From: Chiloscyllium plagiosum
Lineage: Eukaryota
Direction of reading: 5' to 3'
Assembly (NCBI RefSeq): GCF_004010195.1
Contig: NC_057719.1
Coordinates: 2,207,773 to 2,271,772 of the forward strand
Length of the DNA: 64,000 nt
Shown: positions 27,036 to 39,955 of the stretch, piece after piece
How the letters are laid out: each line of letters starts with the position of its first letter
Position numbering within the stretch: the first letter of the stretch is position 1
Program-made: the position numbers and the translations under genes
Notes under the pieces: generated by a model
What the model was told of the DNA's origin: nothing
Databases searched by the model: none
What the model saw: only the letters and a program-made list of their open reading frames with translations

Positions 27036-27212
27036 CACGACAGTGTGTACAGTTACCAGTGCATCTGCCCGCGTGGAATTGTCGGCAGAAATTGTGAATT
27101 CAAAATGAACGAATGTGCAAGCAAGCCTTGTTTGAATGGAGGCCGGTGTCAGGGTCTGATCGGTGGGTTCCGCTGTCACTGCGTTCAGGGTTACGCAGGA
27201 ACCTTCTGTGAG
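27036..27212 (+). CDS. JAG2: Jagged exon 12 (rest of EGF7 plus EGF8): [59 protein letters not shown]
   Basis: tttcAG acceptor, GTgagt donor, 177 nt, phase 0-0. Confidence 0.93.
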
Positions 27213-27729
27213 GTGAGTACACGGATTATTGAGGGCGGGTGTTTTGTGTGTCTACATGCTCTGTATTCCGACCGGGTGAGTTAACCCTTCAGTATTACCA
27301 CCCACATTTTGAACGTACGGAATCACATGCGATGGTACTCTGCTGCCCTTGTAGCATTTGGAGAAAGTGAGGACTGCAGATACTGAAGATCAGAGTCAAG
27401 AGTGTGGTGCTGGAATAGCACAGCAGGTCAGGCAGCTTCCGAGGAGCAGGATGCTTTTCCAGCACCACACTAAAGAGAAGGTGTAGAGAAAGATCACATC
27501 AAATATGAAAGATCCATTCATTAGTCTGATAACAGTAGGAAAGAAGCTGTTCTTGAATCTGTTGGTATGTGTTTTCACACTTTGTATCTTCTGGATGGAA
27601 GAGAGTATAACCGGGGTGGGAGGGGTCTTTGATTAAACTGGCTGCTTCCCTGAAGCAGCAGGAATTGTAGACTGAGTCAATGGATAGAAGGCTGGTTTGC
27701 GTGATGGGCATGTTTGCTTTCATTACTCA

Positions 27730-28380
27730 GACTATTGAGTACAGGAGTTGGGTGCAGAAAGATTTACCAAGATGTTGCCGGGAATGGAGGGTTTAAGTAA
27801 CAAGGAGAGGCTCGGACTTTTTCAGTTGAGTGTAAGAGGTTGGGGGCGTTGAAACTTTATTGCTGGAACAGCACAGCAGGTCAGGCAGCATCCAGGGAAC
27901 AGGAGATTCGATGTTTCGGGCACAGGCCCTTCTCCCGAAACGTCGAATCTCCTGTTCCCTGGATGCTGCCTGACTTGCTGTGCTGTTCCAGCAATAAAGT
28001 TTCAACTTTGATCTCCAGCATCTGCAGACCTCACTTTCTCCTCAGAGGTTGGGGGCGACCTTATAGAGGTTTGTAAAATCATGAGGGGCATGGATAAGGT
28101 GAATAGCAAAGGTCTTATCCCTAAGGTGGGGGGGTTCAAAACTAGAGGGCATATTTTTAAGGAGAAAGGTTTAAAAGGGACCTGAGGGGCAACGTGCATG
28201 GAATTAGATGCAGGTACAGTTACAACATTTAAAAGACATTTGGACAGGTACATGAATAGGAAAGGTTTGGAGAGATATAGGCCAAATGCAGGCAAGTAGG
28301 ACTGGATTTATTTGAGAAACTTGGTTGGCATGGACAAGTTGGATCAAAAGGTCTGTGTTCCGTGCTGTATGACTCCATGA
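27730..28380 (+). mobile_element. CR1-type LINE 3' fragment with a nested Penelope-derived palindrome (27849-28043)
   Basis: AGAGGTTGGGGGCG duplicated at 27835-27848 and 28044-28057 around ~70-bp inverted arms. Confidence 0.85.
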
Positions 28381-28899
28381 CTGAACTGTGCTCAGAACTC
28401 ACTATAATTTCTTGTGGAACAGTTGCCGTATCAAGCTGTGATACATCTGGATAGGATGTTTTCTATGGTTTTATATCAAAACGTCTCCCTGAAGTATCAC
28501 AAATTCTGTACTGCCAGATAAGAATCCAGACTGCATTAGGATGGACTATTTCTGAGTTTAATCGTTTTACAGTTCTGAATGACATGATTTTGGTTTTGAG
28601 AGGCGTAAGTTGTGTTCTGACCTACAAACATACCTACACAGCCCTTCGAGCCTGCCCGTCACTCAATAAGATCTTGGCTGATCTGATTTTAATCTTATCT
28701 TTACATTCTCGCACATCCGTGACAAATCTTTCATTTTCTTGGTCATCGAGAATCTATCTGCCTTCAAAATATTTAAAGATTCTTCATCCACTGTCTTTTT
28801 CAGGACGTGAATTCCAAAGAGACTTAACCCCTTGAGAAAATTTTATTTTCCTTGGGCCCTGATGAGTAGGTGGACTGCAGTTTTCTTAAGTAACAGTGA

Positions 28900-29640
28900 G
28901 ATAAGTGTGATGCGCTACATTTTGGTGGGGCAAATCCGGGCAGGACTTGCTGAACCAAGGGAAGTCAGAGTGCAGGTTCATAATTCCTTGAAAGTGGAGT
29001 CACAGGTAGACAGGATAGTGAAGAAGGCATTTGGTATACTTGCCTTTATCAGTCAGTGCATTCAATATAGGAGTTGGGAGGTCATGTTGCAGCTGTACAG
29101 GACATTGGTTAGGTTACTTTTGGAATATTGCATTCAGTCCTGGTCTCCTTACTATAGGAAAGATGTTGTTAAACTTGAAAACGTTCAGAAAAGATTATAA
29201 GTATGCTGCCAGGATTGGAGGGTTTGAGCTATAGGGAGAGGCTGAATAGGCTGGGGCTGTTTTCCCTGGAGCGTCAGAGGCTGAGGGGTGACCTCATAAA
29301 GGTTTATAAAATCATGAGGGGCATAGATAGGATCAAGGTCTCTTCCCCAGGGTAAGGGAGTCCAAGACCTGAGGAGCATGGGTAAAAGGTAAAAGGGACC
29401 TAAGGGGCAAGGTTTTCACGTAGAGAGTGGTACGTGTATGGAATGAGCTGCCAGAGGAAGTGATGGAGACTGGTACAATTGCAACATTTAAGGCATTTGG
29501 ATGGGTATATGAATAGGACGGGTTTGGAGGGATATGGTCCAAATGCTAGCAAATGGGACTAGATTAATTTAGGATATCTGGTTGGTATGGACGGGTTGGA
29601 CCGAAGGGTCTGTTTCTGTGCTGGACATCTCTATGACTCT
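28900..29640 (+). mobile_element. CR1/HER1-type LINE 3' fragment
   Basis: LKVESQVDRIVKKAFGILAFI...LYRTLVR..LEYC; LINE tail. Confidence 0.85.
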
Positions 29641-31219
29641 AGTTCCACCATTTGGAGATGATGGATTGCCAGGGCGAGGACAGGGTGTTGGAGGTGATCC
29701 TGGGTTGAGAGATTTTAGTTGTCAGGTTGAACAGGAAGATGCGAAGGCTTCTGATACGTAGGGGAATCGAGAGTTATGGGGCAAAGGCAGGAAAGTGGAG
29801 TTGAGGTTAATCAGATCAGCCACTATCTCAATGCATGCTGGAGCAGACTTGATGGGCTGAATGGCCTCCTTTTCCTCCTACGTTGTATGGTCTTACATAC
29901 ATCTGGAAAGAGAAGCTTTCCCAAGATCGCTGAGTATATAACTAAAGAATATAAATTATAAAGCTGATCAGCAAGAGAAATGAGGGCGGCGTTGGTGGTG
30001 AATTTCTCCTGCAGGTGGTAGTTGGCTAGAAATAGTTGAGGTAGCAGAATCACGACCAGGTTTTAAAAGGGAAGCAGATAGATGTCTGGAAAAAAGTATT
30101 CAGAATAATTACAAGTATAGCAAAGGCAAGTAGGCAACTCTGAAGGTATCATTACGATAGGCTAGATAAACTTTGTATTTAAAATTCAGCATCTTATGAC
30201 CAACCACAGCATATTCCATAGAATTCTGACTTATGCTTCATGTAACCTCCTCTCTATTACTTCATCGGATCCCACTATTTGTTTTCGCCCTCATGCAGCA
30301 CCCAGTTTTCTTTCGAAGACAAAACACCTCCAGTCCAAAGATATGCAGCTTAGGTGGATTGGCCATGCTAAATTGCTCATGGTGTCCTGAGATGTGCAGG
30401 CTAGCTGGGTTAGCCATGGTAAATGTGGGGTTACAGGGATAGGGTGGGCTGCTCTCTGGAGGGTTAGTGCATCTCGCTGGGCTGAATGGCCTCTTTCCAC
30501 ACTGTAGGGATTCTGTTCTATGAACAATTGTCTGTGGTTACAAGTTCCACATTCTTGTCACACACGCCTGGTGAAGAAGTGCTTTCAGAATTGGGTTTAC
30601 TTGTGACTCTCTTTATTTATAACCTCTAGTTTTATTCTTCCCCCACAACTGGAAACATCTGCTCTACATCAAAGATGAGCTTATTTTGGAAGTTGTGACT
30701 CAGTCAAAAGAGCTGCAGTCTTTGCTTTTGCCTGAAATGCTTCTAAATAGCTTCATTGCAATGTGGTGCTCCCATGGTGATTCTGAATAATGTGACCTGT
30801 GACAGAGGGTGATCAGGACAGTGGGTTTCTGATTTGGGGACTGGTCCACGTGTAGAGAGCTGCTTTAGTTGTGGTGTGGCTAGTGCTGCCAGCGGCTTGG
30901 ATTGACGTATCTATCTCTCAGTGGGACTGAACATGATTTAAAAAGCTCGTTTGCCTTATTCCATCACCACTGTGCGTAAATAGCCTGTCTGATAATGCTT
31001 AAAGGCAGATCAATGTCATGTCTGTAAGGCAAGTCCCAGCCTCTGCTGGCAACGTAATGGCATTGGACATTGGAGCCGGGCAGGCTGATTAATCTCCACC
31101 TCCACTTCTCTGCTGCCTGAAATGTGTCCTTTCAATTGATTAGAGCTAAACCGTCTGTTCCATACTTGGTCATTGCTTACATCTGGAGGTTCTCTGCTGC
31201 ACTGGGGATAGGCCAGGGA

Positions 31220-32025
31220 ACGTAGAACTGTATGGCACAGGAACGGGCCCTTCAGCCCCACAATGTTGTGCCGAACACGATGCCAAATTAAACTAATCCC
31301 TTCAGCCTGCCCTTGTTCCATATCCCTCCATTCCTTGCATATTCATGTGCTTATCTAAAAGTCTCTTAAATGCCTCTTACTGTATCTGCCTCCACCACCA
31401 CCCCCAGCAGCATGTTCCAGACACCTACCACGCTCTGTTTAAAAAAACCTTGCCCATCACATCTCCTTTGAACATTCCCCCTCTCATCTCTGACCCCCAG
31501 TCTTAGACATTTCAACTCTGGGAATAAGATTCTTACTGTCAACCCTATTTATGCATCTCATAATTTTATAGAATTCTAACAAGTTTCCCCTCAGCCTGCA
31601 CCACTCCCAACAACCCAAGATTTTTTAACCTCTCCTTTAGTTCATACCCTCTGATCCAGGCAGCGTCTTGGTAAGCCTCTTCTGCACCCTCTCCAAAGCC
31701 TCCATATCCTTGCTGTGATGTGGTGACCAGAATTGAATGCAATACTCTTAAATGTGGCTTAAGCAAAGTCTTACAAAGCTGCAACACGACTGAAGAAGGG
31801 CTTATGCCCGAAACGTCGATTCTCCTGTTCACTGGATGCTGCCTGACCTGCTGCGCTTTTCCAGCAACACATTTCCAGCTCTGATCTCCAGCATCTGCAG
31901 ACCTCACTTTCTCCTGCAACACGACATCCTGACTCTTGTACTCCATTCTCCAACCAGTAAGTGTAAGCATGCCACACGCCCTCTTTATCACCCTACCTAC
32001 TTGAGTGGCCACTTTCAGGGAACCT
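31220..32025 (-). mobile_element. CR1-type LINE 3' fragment with a nested Penelope-like insert (31791-31913)
   Basis: CTGCAACACGAC duplicated at 31779-31790 and 31914-31925. Confidence 0.82.
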
Positions 32026-33171
32026 ACTGGCGAATTGCACTTGTACAGTTTCTGCTGTGAGCGGGTAATTTGTAACCTGAGGACACCAGTGTTAAGATAA
32101 TTTGATCAAAAACTCCAATGCGAATGAGAGAGATTTCCATTGAGAGAGTTGACACGAGGCCAGTTGTTAGTTTTAAACCTGAGATAGATAAATAAAGGTG
32201 TTAAGGGAAATGGGCTAAAGGCAGGAGGGGTTAGGTGTATAGAGTTAGACTCAAGGACATGGTGCTGGAAAAGCACAGCAGGTCAGGCAGCATCTGAGGA
32301 GCAGGAGAATCGATGTTTCGGGCAAAAGCCCTTCATCAGGAATGAGGCTTAAGCCAAAACGTCAATTTTCTTTCTCCTCGGATGCTGCCTGACCTGCTGT
32401 GCTTTTCCAGCACCACTCTCTTGACTCTAATCTCCAGCATCTGCAGTCCTCACTTTCACCATACAGAGCTAGAGCACAAATCAGCTCTGATCTCATTGAA
32501 TGGTGGATTCGAGGGGCTGAATGGCCTACACGTTCTCCTGTTTTCCTAAATTATTACAAACCAAAATGCACTCCTGAACAAGGTGTTTGAAACAAATTCA
32601 ATTCTGACTTCCAGAGGAGAAAGTGAATGAATAATTGAAGAGAGAGAATAATTGCAGAACTGTGGAGCAAGACTTGGTGCTCAGGCAGGGACCAGATAGG
32701 ATTGCTGCGATGTATTTTACCATGCCTGCTGGTGGTGGCATCATGTCACCCCACATTTGTTCTGTTTAAATTGTTTTATGACTTGAAGATGTGCCAATTT
32801 GTTTAATCAAAAACAGTTTATTGATACCGGCCACGTTGAGAGTCTCCAAGTGCACTAATTAGGCTTGCTGCAGTGAACTGTCTTATTTGTAATTATCCAA
32901 CTTAGTGGTGCAGCTTTTAAAGGGTTTTCTGTCTTTATTTAAACCCATCCCCAGCAGCTGCTGAGAACTAATTACTCCGTGCTCTGGTGGGATTAGAACA
33001 AGTCAGTTTTCTTGCAGCCAATTCTTTCTTACCTCACCTCACCCATCACACCGCCAAGCGATTGTTTAATGGATCCAGATCTTAAGGATTGCTGATTTAT
33101 TCTTTAAAGGGTCCGTATTCCAGAGTCTTCATACTATGTTCTCTGTAAGCTCTGTGCCGAAAGTCTGATTC

Positions 33172-33481
33172 GGCACCGTGGCTCAGCGGTTAGCAGTGCA
33201 GCCTCACAGCACCAGGGTCCCAGGTTCGATTCCAGCCTCGGGCGAATGTGTGGAGTTTGCACATTTTCCCCGTGTCTGCATGGGTTTCCTCCGGGTGCTC
33301 CGGTTTCCTCCCACAGTCCAAAGATGTGCAGATCAGGTGAATTGACCATGCTAAATTGCCTGTAGTGTTAGGTGCATTAGTTAGAGGGAAGTGGGACTGG
33401 GTGGGTAGCTCTTCGGAAGGACGGTGTGGACTGGTTGGGCCGAAGGGCCTGTTTCCACACTGTAGGGAATCTAATCTAATC
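33172..33481 (+). mobile_element. HE1/V-type SINE
   Basis: A/B boxes, central domain, (AATCT)n tail. Confidence 0.85.
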
Positions 33482-33868
33482 AAATGAAGGTGGAGGGTTT
33501 ATGTTCATGAGGCTGGGTTGGAGGAAATGTAGGGAAGATCAGGAAGCAGCTGCTCGAATGATTATGATGGGTTTTGCAATCTGTAGGTAGAGGGAGAGAC
33601 GGAGACCAAGAGGCCCATGTTTTAGAAATGTTATTTATAGGCTAGAGAATGGTGTGAGTTCTTTTCATGCCAGAGCTGTCAGAAGGTAGGGTGTTTGGGG
33701 AATTCAGAGGAGCATTGGCTGTGATCTGATGAAAGACTACAGATTGAAAAGCAATTGAATTGATTACTGAGATGGAGGGAATGCACGAACAATACATTAG
33801 TATATGCTTCTGTGATGTTTCATGGCTCTGCTAAATCTGAACTTACACGGTTCCTCCCTATGTCACAG

Positions 33869-34019
33869 AGAAAAGTCAATTATTGTGATCCAAACCCATG
33901 TCAGAATGAAGCAAAATGTTACGTTCTCGGTGAAGATTATTACTGCGCATGCCCCGAGGACTACGAAGGGAAGAATTGCTCGTTTCTGAAGGACCACTGC
34001 AGATCCGCACCTTGCCAAG
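33869..34019 (+). CDS. JAG2: Jagged exon 13 (EGF9 and start of EGF10): RKVNYCDPNPCQNEAKCYVLGEDYYCACPEDYEGKNCSFLKDHCRSAPCQ
   Basis: tcacAG acceptor, AAG|GTatca donor, 151 nt. Confidence 0.94.
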
Positions 34020-35736
34020 GTATCAGTTACCAGCTATTTCTAAAGCAGCCTACTCCATCATGTTGTTATACGATTCTGGGGCAGGTGGGACTTGAAGCTG
34101 ATGGAGCTCCTGGCCCAGAGGTTAGGGAAAGGCTGTTGTAGGTGAGCCTTGAATCCTCCCCTTCGGCAGGTGTTGCCGAGGGAGCTGAGTGGCCGTCACC
34201 TCGTTTTGTGAAACGCTGCCATTAGCCGTGAGGGTACTGCTCAACTCCGCAGTACTCTGTCAGTAGTAAATGGCATTTAGTTTCCAAATACATCATTCCT
34301 GACTGATGTGGATGCTTCAAAATGCTCTTTATATCAAGGTGACCTTGGAACTGCTGCCGGCAGTGACAGGAGAGCTATTAAACAGCCTGTACACTCATCC
34401 AAGATGATGCTTGACTTTTCCTTGAGGTGTGTGAGTGTTGCTGTAGTTGGTATGTTTGGAAGTGAGATAATCCTAGCCTTTCTGTGAATTTTCAATCCCA
34501 CACACAGCACCAGACAAGTCAGGCTCTGAAGAGGCTTTTCTGTTCTTTGAAGGCATCAAGCGAGCTGTGTGAGGGGGTTGGGGGGGGGCGGGGTCGGGGG
34601 GGTGGGGGGTGGAGAGAGGTGGCCTTATGTCACTGTTCCACATACACTGGTAGACAGACACACCTGGTAATGACTGCCCCTAGCACAGGCTTCTGACTGC
34701 ACAAGCACTGTCCATAGTGAACAGGACTCCCATGATGCACAAACAACAGGAAACAGCAACATTGTAAGTAACTGGTAGACTTCAGTGTGTTCAGGGAGCA
34801 GTGAATACAGGGCGATTTATGATCTGGGCCCAAAGAGCTTCACTCGAGCGTGTAGGGGAATGAGCAGTCTGAGGAGAAACCAGTGCCTCCTGTGTCTAAA
34901 AGTGCAATCTTTGGCCCTCAATCATAACAAATTACATCCAGCACCTTCATTGTAATCCCAATGTGCTTGAAAAGAAACCCCACTCTTGCTACCACAGGCC
35001 ATGAGTAGAATGAGTGTAGATCACATCACACACATGATGTCAGAACATTCAGTCGACAGGGTCAGTACCCACTGTGCCTCTGCTAATCAGGGTTTGGTGT
35101 GACTGCTTGATGTTTGTAATGCCTTTCTTCACTTGCCCTGTCTTTGAAAGGTGCCACTAAGAGGGGTGTGTGTGTGTGTGTATGTGCGAGAGAGCGGTGT
35201 GTGTTGTGGGTGTGTGCGAGAGGTGTGTGTGTGTGTGTTAGTTTCTCACCTGCTAAACCTACCACTGTCGAACGATTCACAGCCCGAGTCATTAATCAGA
35301 ACAAGGATGTAACGTTGCCAGGAGGGTGCGAGGAAACTAGGGGGCAGGAGTATTAACAGGCTAAATTGAGGAAATTGAGTTTGTTTGTATTCGGAAAAGG
35401 GATTTCCATTTGACCGAGTTGAAGCTGCAGTTGGAATTAACCAAATGGATTCAAGGAAATTGTCAGCTGCAGTTAATGATTCAAATCACAGGGATCATTA
35501 GACAGGGAGTCTGGAGTAAGAAGGGAAGTTGGAAAGAATCTGTAAACCTAAAGGGGAAATAGTTTTAGGGACGGGTCACCGGGGAAGGATATTGAAGTGC
35601 ACAGCACAAATGAGACACTGGGCAATAGCATGGTGTCGAGGGATGGGATGGGGTGGGGATTGGGGTGAGTAGATTTGAGGGATGGTGATGTCATGAGGCA
35701 TTCCTGCTGATCAGGTTCCTGGTGCTCTTTTTGCAG

Positions 35737-35901
35737 TGATCGACAGCTGTACTGTGGCAGTCTCCAGCAATGCCAGTCAGGGTGGCATCCGTTTTATCTC
35801 ATCCAATGTCTGTGGTCCTCGTGGCAAGTGTATCAGTCAGCCCGCCGGGAATTTTACTTGTGCCTGTGACCGAGGCTTCACTGGAATGTACTGCCATGAA
35901 A
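35737..35901 (+). CDS. JAG2: Jagged exon 14 (interrupted EGF10): [55 protein letters not shown]
   Basis: tttttgcAG acceptor, GTaagt donor, 165 nt; translated by hand, not in ORF track. Confidence 0.95.
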
Positions 35902-36063
35902 GTAAGTGATGGCCCTGGCAGTTTTCCCACATGATGCTTGGTCTAGTTTGTCTTTTTTCTGTTTCTTGCAGGGGAGTTCTGAATTGTCAACACTGCACAG
36001 TTCCAAGTTCACTGCCATCCCGTGGAGTCAGCTGGATTTCCCAGCTACTCTCCAGCTGTGTAG

Positions 36064-37059
36064 TGTTACAACACGGGATAAACCCCTCTGCTAATTTAAA
36101 CCAGCCACACAGAAAACGTCCACCTCGCGCCATACTTCGAGAGGCAAAGAACTATCCCAAAGGTCACTATTTAAAGTAAAAATTAACAATTTTATTCTTT
36201 AAGTCCAATAGCAAATATTAAAACCAACAACTCCTTTCACTTAAACATATTTTTTTACATCCCACTCTACAGTACTCACCCAATAAAATAATCCAGGTTA
36301 AGGTTTACAAAAAAATAGTTTCAAAAACCAGTCAGCTTTGTCGATTCTCCTTTGTAGATTTTCTGGAGGTCGGATTCGATGTTCTGCTGCGCAAACTTCT
36401 TAGAGACAAGTATCTCAGCCAGCAGCCTATATTTGTGGATGTCCTTGGTATTCTTCCTGTAACTGTTCAAAATGTCTGGTTTTATACCCCAAAACATCAG
36501 ATTGTTTCATTGATTTTAATATTATCAAAATACTAAATTCAAATTTGATTGAATTTTAGTATCTTGAGGCATAATTTAAACTGGCCAAATATGAATTTGT
36601 TTTTGTTTCATGGCAACTCACCTGCAGATATTTATTTGATTAGACTAGATTCCCTACAGTGTGGAAACAGGCCCTTCAGCCCAACAAGTCCACACCGACC
36701 CTCCAAAGAGTAACCCACCCAGGCCCATTCCCTCTGACTAATGCACCTAACGCTATGGGAAATTTAGCATGGCCAGTTCACCTGACTTGCACATCTTTGG
36801 ACTGTGGGAGGAAACCGGAGCACCCAGAGGAAACCCACACAGAGAGAATGTGCAAACTCCACACAATCACCCAAGGATGGAATCGAACCTGGGACCCTGG
36901 TGCTGTAAGGCAGCAGAGCTAACCACTGAGCCACTGTGCCACTCCATGTTTCCCAAGTGTTACATTCTCACTTTGTTCAGGACTCTCTGTGCTTTGTCAG
37001 TCTTTGCTAGTTTTTCAACTCTCTTCAAGGTACAGTATATACGTCTACACTTCATAACA
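36064..37059 (-). mobile_element. Solo LTR with a nested HE1 SINE (~36639-36940, - strand)
   Basis: TGTTA...TAACA termini; ends resemble those of 25605-26367; no clean TSD. Confidence 0.65.
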
Positions 37060-37489
37060 GTGAGCTCCTTTATCTACTTTATTCATTTTATGACATTTCA
37101 AAACTAAGTCAGCAGGAACTCGGCTGACTCTGGATCAATGGGTTCAGAAACTTGAGCCCATCACCCAATGTTGCAGCATTGTTGGAGGTGATGTTGGTCA
37201 GATGAAGTGTTCATACTGGTGTTCTGCCTCTCCCAAGTTGCATGTGAAAACTTTCACACCTGTTACACTGGAGAAGGCTGCAGGTTAGCTCTGAATGGGA
37301 AAAAAATCGAAGAATGCAGAGGCTGGAAATTCAAAACAAAAACAGAAATTGCCACAGAAACTCAGCAGGTCTAGCAATGTCTATGGAGAGAGAAATGGAG
37401 TTAACGTTTCGGGTCCAGTGACCTTCAGAACTGAGGCATGGTGAGCTTCAGGTTAAATCACCACCAGTTGTCTCTCTAAAGGGAAAGTG

Positions 37490-37806
37490 ACTAAATCCAA
37501 GCCACCCGACAACTGGAGGACGAACACCTCATCTTCCGTCTTGGAGCCCTCCAACCATGCAGCATCAACATCGACTTCACCAGTTTCCAAATCTCCCCTC
37601 CTTCCACCTCATCCCAGATCCAACCCTCCAACTCGGCACCGCCCTTTTGACCTGTGCCATCTGTCCATCTTCCTTCCCACCTGTCCGCTCTCTCAGCCTC
37701 CTTCCCCCTCAACATTCGTGATGAAGGGCTTATGCCCAAAACGTTGACAATCCTGCTGCTCAGATGCTGCCTGACCTGCTGTGCTTTTCCAGCACCACAC
37801 TTTTCA
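37490..37806 (+). mobile_element. Penelope-like element 3' fragment (GIY-YIG C-terminus plus terminal repeat)
   Basis: Frame from 37501 reads ATRQLEDEHLIFRLGALQPCSINIDFTSF, followed by a degenerate variant-A core at ~37719-37746. Confidence 0.75.
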
Positions 37807-37808
<2 letters not shown>

Positions 37809-37853
<45 letters not shown>

Positions 37854-37893
37854 TGTCTCTCTCTATCTCTGCCTCTGTCTCTCTCTTTCTCTC
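37809..37893. repeat. (CT)n microsatellite; other simple repeats (GT)n 35165-35237, (CA)n 47405-47602, (GT)n 48633-48682, (CT)n ~50052-50075, CT-rich 51744-52187
   Basis: Seen directly. Confidence 0.9.
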
Positions 37894-38016
37894 TAATGAG
37901 AGCAGTCTTTGGTCCATTGGGACTATGGTGACTTGACCATCTTTTCCACTGAATGTTGCAGGTTAGTTGATGTTTCCATTTTGGTTTCTACAGTAACTTC
38001 AATTGCTTTTCTCTAG

Positions 38017-38130
38017 ATATCAATGATTGCACATTGAATCAATGTAAAAACGGAGGCACATGTATTGATGGGATCGATTCCTTCCATTGTATTTGCCCCG
38101 ATGGGTGGGAAGGTGAACTGTGTGAAATTG
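38017..38130 (+). CDS. JAG2: Jagged exon 15 (EGF11): [38 protein letters not shown]
   Basis: ttctctAG acceptor, GTgagt donor, 114 nt. Confidence 0.95.
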
Positions 38131-38957
38131 GTGAGTAATGGACATTCATGGTGTTTGTGTATGGAAGCATTCCCTTGTGATGTGTACAGTACATTATCTC
38201 CATGTACGTGTACATCTCCTCAATATTTTGTCTGTCTTTTCCTCCCTGGTTACTGAGGTATGAATCCTGTGTGTCGGTGGATGGAGCTATTTCTGAGTTG
38301 TCTGAACTCTGGGCCAAGTTATGGAGCAGGGGAGCCACAAGGCAACCATGAGGACCTTGTTCCCATTGACTGGGAATGCAGCCATTTAGTCAAAGGAAAA
38401 TATAAAACTTCAATTCTGTCAGACCCCTTGATTCAGCCACAAAAATCTGGAATGAAAAAGTCTAATGGTGACCATGAATCCATTGTCGATTTTCAGAAGA
38501 AGCTATCTGATTCACCAATGTCCTTCAGGGAAGGAAATCTTTCCTCACCCTGTCTGGCCTACATGTGACTCCAGACCCACAGCAATATGGTTGACTCTTA
38601 AGTACCCTCTGGGTAATTAGAGATGGGCAATAAATGCTGCCCAGCCAGCAATGTCCACATCCCATGAATAAATAAAGGAAAAAAAATCCTATTTTCATGG
38701 GGTGCAAGGGAAAGTCATGTATGACGCAGTGTTTAAAAGACACTCAGATAAGCACAGGAATCAGTAGGGTTTGGAGGGATATGGGCCAGGAGCAGGCAGC
38801 TGGGACTAGTTTAGCTTCTGGTTATGTTCAGCATGGACCGGTAGGACTGAAGGGCGTGTTTCTGTGGGTTTCTTTGGCTGGATAACGTCAATTCTAAAGA
38901 GAAAACGTGGGAATGAAGTGTGAATACCTTGAAACACTTTACTCAAGCTTTAGTCTT

Positions 38958-39270
38958 TTAGATTAGATTAGATTACTTAGTGTGGAAACAGGCCCTTCGG
39001 CCCAACAAGTCCATACCGACCTTCCGAAGAGCAACCCACCCAGACCCATTCCCTTACATTTACCTCTTCATCTAACACTATGGGCAATTTAGCATGGCCA
39101 ATTCACCTGACCTGCACATTTTTGGACTGTGGGAGGAAACCAGAGCACCCGGAGGAAACCCACGCAGACACGGGGAGAATGTGCAAACTCCACACAGACA
39201 GTTGCCCAAGGTGGGAATTGAACCCGGGTCTTTAGCGCTGTGAGGCAGCAGTGCTAACCACTGTGCTGCC
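38958..39270 (-). mobile_element. HE1/V-type SINE
   Basis: Full body and tail on the reverse strand. Confidence 0.85.
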
Positions 39271-39489
39271 CTAGTCCTTCAAAGGGAGTGAGCAATTAAT
39301 GATTCCAATATCCTAGCCAGAAATCAGTGAGGTCAGACTGGAGAGTGACAGAATAGTTTGTGCTTTCTGTTATGAACCCTCTGACAGAAGGACATTCCAC
39401 TGACATCCTGCATTTGCAGAACATGCTCATTGTATTTTACCTCACTGGACTCTCAAGGAACGCTGCAAGTTCATCTTGCATCCCAGAGA

Positions 39490-39955
39490 CATTCAGTTTA
39501 GGTTCCCACCCCCCTGCTGAATTAGTTTAAACCATCCCAAAGAGCATTTGCAAATCCCACCACCATCCTTTCCGCCCCCACCCCCCGTCCCGTCCCATCT
39601 CCCGTCCAGGATATTGGTACCCCTCTGGTTCAGATGAAGACTGTCCTGTTTGTAGAGGTCCCATCGACCCCAGAAAGAGCCCCAATTATCCAGGACTCCA
39701 AAACCCTTCCTCCTGCACCATCCCTGTAGCCATGTGTTCCAGTCCTCTCTCTCCCTATTCCTCGCCTCGTTAGCACGTGGCACAGCTAACAAACCAGAGA
39801 AAACAACTCTGTTCTAGCTCTAAGCTTCCACCCTAGCTCTCTGAGTTTCTCTTCCTACCTATGTCATTGGTGCTTATGTGGACCACGACTTAGGGCTGCA
39901 TCCCTCCCCCCCCAAGGACCCCGAAAATGCGATCTGAGACATCACGGACCCTGGA
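39490..39955 (-). mobile_element. CR1-type LINE ORF1 fragment (SGNH esterase-like domain)
   Basis: NTWLQGWCRRKGFGVLDNWGSFWGRWDLYKQDSLHLNQRGTNIL, containing the D(G/S)LH motif of CR1 ORF1 esterases. Confidence 0.75.

Noticed and set aside
22641..28007. Hairpins at 22641-22745 and 27848-28007 as miRNA genes or DNA-transposon MITEs
   Set aside because: Arms match the Penelope terminal sequence, fold-back points vary and flanking duplications are long and variable; small-RNA production cannot be judged from sequence.
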